From Candidatus Hadarchaeota archaeon (GTDB taxonomy: Archaea; CAYQAE01; CAYVLA01), in NCBI GenBank assembly GCA_964452145.1, contig CAYVLA010000057.1, forward strand, positions 1 to 19,979: a stretch of DNA of 19,979 nt, in the 5' to 3' direction. Shown here piece by piece: positions 14,604 to 19,979 of this stretch. The translations under genes and the position numbers were made by a program. Below the pieces are notes generated by a model that saw only the letters and a list, made by a program, of their open reading frames with translations, had not been told where the DNA came from and searched no databases. Every line of letters begins with the position of its first letter. The first letter of the stretch is position 1.

Positions 14604-15779
14604 CTATCGGATTCTCTCCATCTCCGCGGCCAGATCCGAGCTGGTCCGGAAGAAGACCTCCCCGCCTACGGGCTTGACGCGTCGCTTGACTCTGAACATC
14701 CTCTTGACAACGGCGGACTCCGGTCCACCCATGAAGATCCTCGCCTTGGCCCTTAGACCCATCCCGGTTGAGAGGCGGACGAGGTACGAAGCGGAACTGA
14801 GGAAGTCGAGGCGTCTCGGCGGATCCCCGTCGCTGAAGAGGGCCTTGGCACACTCCAGTATCACGAGGAGTCCGGGCGAGAAGGCCTTGTATTCGAGATC
14901 ATATGATGTCTGGAGGAGGTAGGCAGTCTCTCCGTACCTCAAGACCAGAGCGAAGGCAATGGGCATTCCGTCGAGGCTGAGCGTGTGGAGATCGAGCCAT
15001 CCTTCGCGTGCCATCAGCGCAATGAGGTCTTCCCAGAAACCTCCCGACGGCAAGGATCTCCCGCCTTTCCAGCTTCGCCTTGAGACGTGATCGATGGCTG
15101 CCGAAGCCCTGCCCTCCGGGTCCGACCCGCGGTACCTCTCCGTTGCCACTGCTCCCTGAGCCTTCAGCTGGGCTGAGGCTCTTCTGATATTCTTCCTCAG
15201 CTTCGGGCTTCGCGTCGTCAAGTGGGAATCCCACGATCCCCGGATGTCCACGAAGGCATTCCGCCACCTGGGCGAGTAGGAGTACTCCATGCTCATCCGG
15301 GTCCCCTGCACAGCAGATTCCAGAAGAGCCAGGGAGGGGGAGGATCCGCTCAAGGCGAAAAACTCCGCCACGGGGACGTCGACCTCGTCCCTTAGGGAGT
15401 TGAGCGCGGCGCACACGATCTTCGTGTCCGGTCTTGTCATCAAGAAGTCCACCTCGAACCACGGCCTGGCGACGATGAACCTGGCCCTTCTGAACTTGAC
15501 CGTCTTGCCGGTCTCCAGAATCTGGAGCGGCGCGAGGGCCGTCAAACCCGATGAACCATGGAAGCCTACGACGAAGAGATGGTTAGGCGCGTCGTGGTGC
15601 TTCATCCATAGTTCGCAGAAACCGGGATGGACGAAGGGATTGGAGGATTGGCACCTCCCAAGAAGGTCGAGCCATGCGTGCTTGATCGGCTCTGCATCTT
15701 CCCAGCTTCTGATCACCTCAACCCTCACGAGCCTTCCCCGACCTTCTCGATCCATTTCCATCCGACCTAAAAACTGCAT
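14604..15779 (-). CDS. GNAT family acyltransferase, CelD/BcsL-like (Acetyltransf_6)
   Basis: W.DLL...SNPFVHP.FCELW, LTALAPL, SWDSHL..RSPKLRKNIRR, SWK, LDGMPIAF, TSYDLEYKAFSPGLL and LDFL. Start could also be at later Mets (MEMD). Confidence 0.9.
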   Translation of the reverse strand: MQFLGRMEMDREGRGRLVRVEVIRSWEDAEPIKHAWLDLLGRCQSSNPFVHPGFCELWMKHHDAPNHLFVVGFHGSSGLTALAPLQILETGKTVKFRRARFIVARPWFEVDFLMTRPDTKIVCAALNSLRDEVDVPVAEFFALSGSSPSLALLESAVQGTRMSMEYSYSPRWRNAFVDIRGSWDSHLTTRSPKLRKNIRRASAQLKAQGAVATERYRGSDPEGRASAAIDHVSRRSWKGGRSLPSGGFWEDLIALMAREGWLDLHTLSLDGMPIAFALVLRYGETAYLLQTSYDLEYKAFSPGLLVILECAKALFSDGDPPRRLDFLSSASYLVRLSTGMGLRAKARIFMGGPESAVVKRMFRVKRRVKPVGGEVFFRTSSDLAAEMERIR

Positions 15780-16016
15780 TTCAGGTCGGGCGCTGAGGGC
15801 GGCACGCTAATGGCCGCCACCGTCCGATACCGTGATCCGACGCATTCAAACCCCTTTCCCGCGCCCAGGACAGGTAGAAGGAATCCGTCTTGCCGCACAC
15901 GACTGCGTTGCATGCCCCCGGCCATAACGAAAAGCTTGGGACTGCCCCACGACCCTTGACAAGGCGAGACGGTAGGCTGGTTGAAAGCCCTCCCGGCTCC
16001 CGCTCCGATACTGACG

Positions 16017-16117
16017 GGCAGGGACATGCTTGCCTCGGGATCGAACGGATCGATGCCCCGAGGCATCTGCACACACAAGTGCGGCGAACGTGAAACGACT
16101 TGCAGCATGCCCTGGCC
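16017..16117. ncRNA. candidate structured RNA (multibranch junction), family unknown
   Basis: An 11-bp closing stem, a 14-bp hairpin and a 6-bp hairpin nested within about 100 nt of a gene-poor gap. Identified by eye only. Confidence 0.25.
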
Positions 16118-16566
16118 ATGCTTGGTCCGCCCATGAACCTGCCCCAACACGGCCTGACCGACCGGTCGTGGCGGGGCGAGAGCCATCTGCTTCCCCCAAT
16201 ACCTGCACGGTCGGACGTCTCCCGTTCATCTTCTGGAATGAGCGGTTTGTTCAAGCAGCAGCACACACTGCACGTGACGGTCGATGGCTGCCAGGCCCCC
16301 TGCGATCTCCTCGGCGCGGACTCGCGGGGGGTTCTCCCGCGTTCCGGCCTCGTGACGATAATCCTCCGGCGAATCCAGCGTACCGATCGTGGGCCCGTGC
16401 CTCATCGAAACCCATCAGAAGCATCCGGAAGACCCTTTTTTGAACAATCGATCCGAGAGATCCGATCAGTCCAAAGACCCTGTTCCATCGTCCTTCGCGG
16501 CTCTTCGACGGAGACCGTTCCCATGGACATGTCTCGGCCGGGGTCAAGGATATAGGAGAAGGTCAG

Positions 16567-17781
16567 ATGAATCTCTACGACAAGAAGACGGAGACGGCCT
16601 CCCCGCGTCGGATCCGGGAAGCCCAACTCAACGATCTCAGATGGACCCTCTTGATCGCGAAGAACTCCGCTCTCTACCGGGACAAGCTCGCCGGCCGGGC
16701 CCGAATACGCTGCCTTGACGATCTCCAGAGGCTTCCCTTCACCACAAAGGACGAGCTCAGGCAGGCTTACCCCTACGGCGCCCTCGCCGTCCCCCGCGAG
16801 AGGGTCGTCTACTACTGCAGCACCTCGGGCACAACGGGCAGGCCGACCGCGGTCCACCTCACGGGGGCCGACGTGGAACGCCTCTCATACGCCCAGGCGA
16901 GATCCTTCTACTCGGCCGGAATCCGCAGCCGGGACAGCGCCCAGCTGATGGTCCACCCCATGATGGGCTTCCTCTTCGAGGCGGCCCTCCACCGCATAGG
17001 CGCGATGTCGATCCTCACCGGGCCTGGAAACGACGCGGGCCAGGTGGCCCTCATCCGGGAACTCAAAGTCACGACCCTCTTCGGGGTTCCCTCCTACCTC
17101 CTGCATCTGGGAGGCATCGCGGAGGGTGTGGAATCCGTCGAGCGGGTCGTTGCCCTGGGGGAACCCCTCACGGCAAACATCAGAGAGAGACTGGGGAAAC
17201 AATGGGGAGCGGAGGTGTACAACGACTACGGATCGGTGGAGACAGCTGCAGGGTTTCTGGAGTGCGGCCAGCACGACGGCCACCACATCTTCTGGGACCA
17301 CTTCCTCATCGAGACCGTGGACCCCGAGACCCTTGAGCCGACCACAGGCAGGGGCGAGCTGGTCATCACCACCCTGAAGAGAGAGGCCACCCCGCTGATC
17401 AGGTACAGAACCCGCGACATGGTTAGGATCGACTACGATCCATGCGCATGCGGCAGAACCCATCCACGCATCTACCCGGAGAGAAGGCTCGGCGAGATGG
17501 TCAAGATAAAGGGGACCGCGGTCTATCCTTCAGCCCTCATGGAGGCCGTGGCGGGGATCGGGGAGATAAACAGCTACCAGTTCATCGTCCAGAAGGAGGG
17601 AGACCTGGACACCCTGCTCCTCAGAATAGAGGCCGACAGACCCAGCCCCGAGCTGGCCAGGCGGACGGCCGAGACGGTCAAGGCGGCATCGAACATAACG
17701 CCCCGCGTCGAGTTTGTGGAGGAGGGCTCCCTCCTAGGGGAGAGGAAGGCCAAGCACTTCGTTGACATGCGTACGGCCTAG
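16567..17781 (+). CDS. phenylacetate-CoA ligase-like AMP-forming enzyme (PaaK/F390 synthetase family)
   Basis: LPFTTKDELR..YPYG, STSGTTGRP (P-loop), PSYLLHL, YNDYGSVE, GELVITTL..PLIRYRT.D, C.CGRT and MVKIKG..VYP. AGGAG SD. Substrate unknown. Confidence 0.92.
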   Translation: MNLYDKKTETASPRRIREAQLNDLRWTLLIAKNSALYRDKLAGRARIRCLDDLQRLPFTTKDELRQAYPYGALAVPRERVVYYCSTSGTTGRPTAVHLTGADVERLSYAQARSFYSAGIRSRDSAQLMVHPMMGFLFEAALHRIGAMSILTGPGNDAGQVALIRELKVTTLFGVPSYLLHLGGIAEGVESVERVVALGEPLTANIRERLGKQWGAEVYNDYGSVETAAGFLECGQHDGHHIFWDHFLIETVDPETLEPTTGRGELVITTLKREATPLIRYRTRDMVRIDYDPCACGRTHPRIYPERRLGEMVKIKGTAVYPSALMEAVAGIGEINSYQFIVQKEGDLDTLLLRIEADRPSPELARRTAETVKAASNITPRVEFVEEGSLLGERKAKHFVDMRTA

Positions 17782-17824
17782 GACGGCCGGGAGAGGTAGC
17801 GGTAATCCTTCCGCTCCCTCGTCG

Positions 17825-17870
17825 CGAGGATCCGAATCCTCGATTAAGTTTTCTGGCGACGTTTTCTTTG
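17825..17870 (+). terminator. putative terminator after the PaaK-like gene
   Basis: CGAGGAT-CCGA-ATCCTCG 7-bp hairpin followed by T-rich tracts (GTTTTCT, GTTTTCTTTG). Confidence 0.5.
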
Positions 17871-17958
17871 AGTTCGCGATCAAACGATCCCAGCCGCCGT
17901 TCACGGCCGTCTTGACCCCGCCCCACCCACGCCAGGCCTGCCCGCAACACCCCAACGT

Positions 17959-17968
17959 GCTATTAAAG
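17959..17968 (+). promoter_or_regulatory. TATA-box-like element (GCTATTAAAG)
   Basis: AT-rich box upstream of the surface-protein starts (ATG17987, 18029 and 18035). Confidence 0.45.
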
Positions 17969-18034
17969 AGATCGGGTGCCCGGCTCATGGGCGCTTGCCC
18001 GCCGAGGCAGCGAACGACTGGTGGGGATATGCAT

Positions 18035-19759
18035 ATGCCCAACTACCCTGCGTCCCTGTGGACCCAACTCGTTTCCTTGAGAGCCATCAGAGCCTGGGGC
18101 CTAACCGCATTTCTGGCCCTTTCTCTAGCATCGCTGGGGCCTGCGTGCCGGGGCCTTGACCCGCCCTCGACCTTTGTCTACGTCCCTGCAGATGCAGACC
18201 CCGGCCTGGTGCTGGATCTGAAGACCGACATCTGCGTCCTCTACGCCCCGCCCAGGACGTGGAACCAGACCCAGAAGGAGATGAGCCTCTATCTGGCCGC
18301 CAATGTGCGCGGCGCGGGCCGCAGGGTCTACCTAGTGGTGGGCCACAACATGAACTCCTCGGATGCCGTCGGGACCTACGAGACCGTCAACGGCTCCATC
18401 ACCGACTTCCTTCCGTACCTTAGCGGCATCATAATCGGAGACGATGTGATGACCAACGGAAACATCACCACGCTGAACACGGTTGCGCGGTGGGCCGCGG
18501 GAAACTGGAGCAACGTCTTGGACATCGGCCTCGGCCTTGACCCACAGGGCAGCGCGCTCCCCCTGGCCGCCCTGGACCTCAAGCCATACCGCTTCATCTG
18601 CACATACTACTATACCCAGGTCAACATCACCTATCACTACGCCCGCCAGCTGCTACAGAACCGGACCCCCAATCTGGTCGTGGGGCACGGATCGGATCCG
18701 GGGAGGACGGGCAAGCTCGTGGAATGGGTGAGGACCATCAAGCAGTTCTCGGGCGAGCATGACATCGATGTCTGGTTCATGTTGGCTGCGTTCTCCGACG
18801 GCGACCTCACCTCAACCATCGGACAGATGGAGATCGATCTGAAGGTGGCAAAGGAGGCGGGCTTTGAGGCAATCGGATGGTTCACGATAAGCAACGTCGG
18901 CGCCAAGAAGGCCGCGGTCTTCGTGGGCGGCGGGCTTGCGGCGGGCGCCTATGACTGGCTCACGTACGGCCACCTCAAAACAACCCTCGTAGAGGAGGCG
19001 AAACGGCCCACCACGACCCAACTTCGGGATGAAATCTGGCTCTTGGCGACGGAGATTGCCCGCCTTGTCAAGAGTATGAACGAGACATTGCTCCAGCTCA
19101 ACGCCACCGCCGACCTGACAAACCGATCCGCTCTCCAGCTAGCAGCCCTAGACCGATCGCTGACCTCTCTGAACTACACCCTTTCCCGGCTGGGGGACGG
19201 TCAGACATCGATCGCATCCGACCTTGATGGTCTGAGGCGGGCCCTCACATCGCTGGAGGTGGTCGTGGGCAGCCTCGCACAGGGTGCCGCATTGCGTGAC
19301 CAGTACCTGCAGGATGACATCGATCTTCTAGCAGGGGTTGTGAGCGGCATGGACATCCGCCTCAACTCCACCACGGACACGGCATCAGAGCAGAGGGTAC
19401 GGATAGACGGCCTGAACTCGTCCATCGGAGCACTCGGACAGGGCATATCTTTGCTTGCGGACAACCAGGCATCGATCACCTCCACCCTGAGCGGGGCGGC
19501 GCAGGCCCTGACCTTGCTGCAGGAAGCCGTCGAGAACCTGGCAGGGCAGGTCGCCACGCTTCAGCAGGATCGCGACGAGGCTCAGGCAGGCCTGGATAGG
19601 CTCGGACTCGACCTGCAGGGACTCGCCGAGAGACAGCGAAGGGACAGAGCACGGACCCTGCTTGCCATCTCGATCCTGGGCGCCGTCTTCCTTGCCCCAG
19701 GCCTGTACCTTTCCCTGCGGGGAGCGAGAGGGAGACAGCGGGGAGAAGGCTCGGGCTAG
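18035..19759 (+). CDS. secreted, C-terminally membrane-anchored glycoprotein: alpha/beta head domain plus long coiled-coil stalk
   Basis: Signal peptide (RAIRAWGLTAFLALSLASLGPACRG), 13 N-X-S/T sequons, heptad stalk at about 19010-19650, and TM segment LLAISILGAVFLAPGLYLSL with an Arg-rich tail. GGTGGGG SD precedes ATG18029/18035. Confidence 0.85.
   Translation: MPNYPASLWTQLVSLRAIRAWGLTAFLALSLASLGPACRGLDPPSTFVYVPADADPGLVLDLKTDICVLYAPPRTWNQTQKEMSLYLAANVRGAGRRVYLVVGHNMNSSDAVGTYETVNGSITDFLPYLSGIIIGDDVMTNGNITTLNTVARWAAGNWSNVLDIGLGLDPQGSALPLAALDLKPYRFICTYYYTQVNITYHYARQLLQNRTPNLVVGHGSDPGRTGKLVEWVRTIKQFSGEHDIDVWFMLAAFSDGDLTSTIGQMEIDLKVAKEAGFEAIGWFTISNVGAKKAAVFVGGGLAAGAYDWLTYGHLKTTLVEEAKRPTTTQLRDEIWLLATEIARLVKSMNETLLQLNATADLTNRSALQLAALDRSLTSLNYTLSRLGDGQTSIASDLDGLRRALTSLEVVVGSLAQGAALRDQYLQDDIDLLAGVVSGMDIRLNSTTDTASEQRVRIDGLNSSIGALGQGISLLADNQASITSTLSGAAQALTLLQEAVENLAGQVATLQQDRDEAQAGLDRLGLDLQGLAERQRRDRARTLLAISILGAVFLAPGLYLSLRGARGRQRGEGSG
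19097..19624 (+). repeat. degenerate 264-nt (88-aa) tandem duplication within the stalk
   Basis: LNATAD(19097)/LNSTTD(19361) and LSRLGDGQTSI(19181)/ISLLADNQASI(19445) are both offset by exactly 264 nt. Confidence 0.75.
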
Positions 19760-19948
19760 CTCCGTCATCTCGGGCCGCCGGTTGGGAGGGCCGGGGCGAA
19801 GCTGCGAGCGCGAGGACCCCAGGCCTTCCTTCAGCTCACAGCAGGCCGACCAGCCAACCAGGGGACTTTGCGATGTCGAGGATCGCATCGCGCTTCGATC
19901 ATGCCGGGCATCTAGAAGCCGAGCTGGCTAAAGCACCGGGGGCCACTC

Positions 19949-19962
19949 GAGAGAGAGAGAGA
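19949..19962. repeat. (GA)7 dinucleotide tract within a purine run
   Basis: GAGAGAGAGAGAGA followed by GGAGGGGGAAGGATAGG at the window edge. Confidence 0.8.
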
Positions 19963-19979
19963 GGAGGGGGAAGGATAGG

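Noticed and set aside
15870..16145. Cobalamin riboswitch or hammerhead fragments (ACTGCCCC, ACCTGCC, CTGACGG, GAAAC)
   Set aside because: The core elements (AGGGAA..GGTG..AATCC, or CUGANGA with correct stem order) are missing or in the wrong arrangement.
17762..17986. Long N-terminal extension of the surface protein
   Set aside because: It spans the upstream stop codon, a terminator-like hairpin and a TATA-like box. The signal peptide begins near 18035.
1..19979. CRISPR array, IS/transposase, integrase, rRNA, tRNA, RNase P or SRP RNA
   Set aside because: No regularly spaced repeats, terminal inverted repeats with a transposase, or diagnostic RNA signature sequences were found on either strand by eye.

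Overview
A GC-rich window that looks archaeal (inference). TATA-like boxes sit about 22-26 nt upstream of several apparently leaderless starts, AGA/AGG Arg codons dominate the host-like genes I counted, the ABC binding protein is TM-anchored without a lipobox, and a surface protein is rich in N-glycosylation sequons. The window is mainly a loosely organised, mixed-orientation cell-surface glycan locus: DegT-type aminotransferase, two Fem-like/CelD-BcsL GNATs, WecB, CE4 polysaccharide deacetylase, DPM1-like GT2, FAD oxidoreductase, a GT-C membrane transferase and a PaaK-like acyl-CoA ligase. It ends in a secreted head + coiled-coil stalk + C-terminal TM glycoprotein. Also present are an orphan SsuA/NMT1-type binding protein, a probable beta-propeller glycosidase-like protein and a CocE/NonD hydrolase with foreign-looking codon usage. 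The long intergenic gaps hold two cryptic or frame-disrupted small membrane ORFs, an orphan promoter feeding a chain of coupled small ORFs, and strongly base-paired segments. No tRNA, rRNA, CRISPR array or transposase was found. All family calls come from motif recognition by eye, not from database searches.
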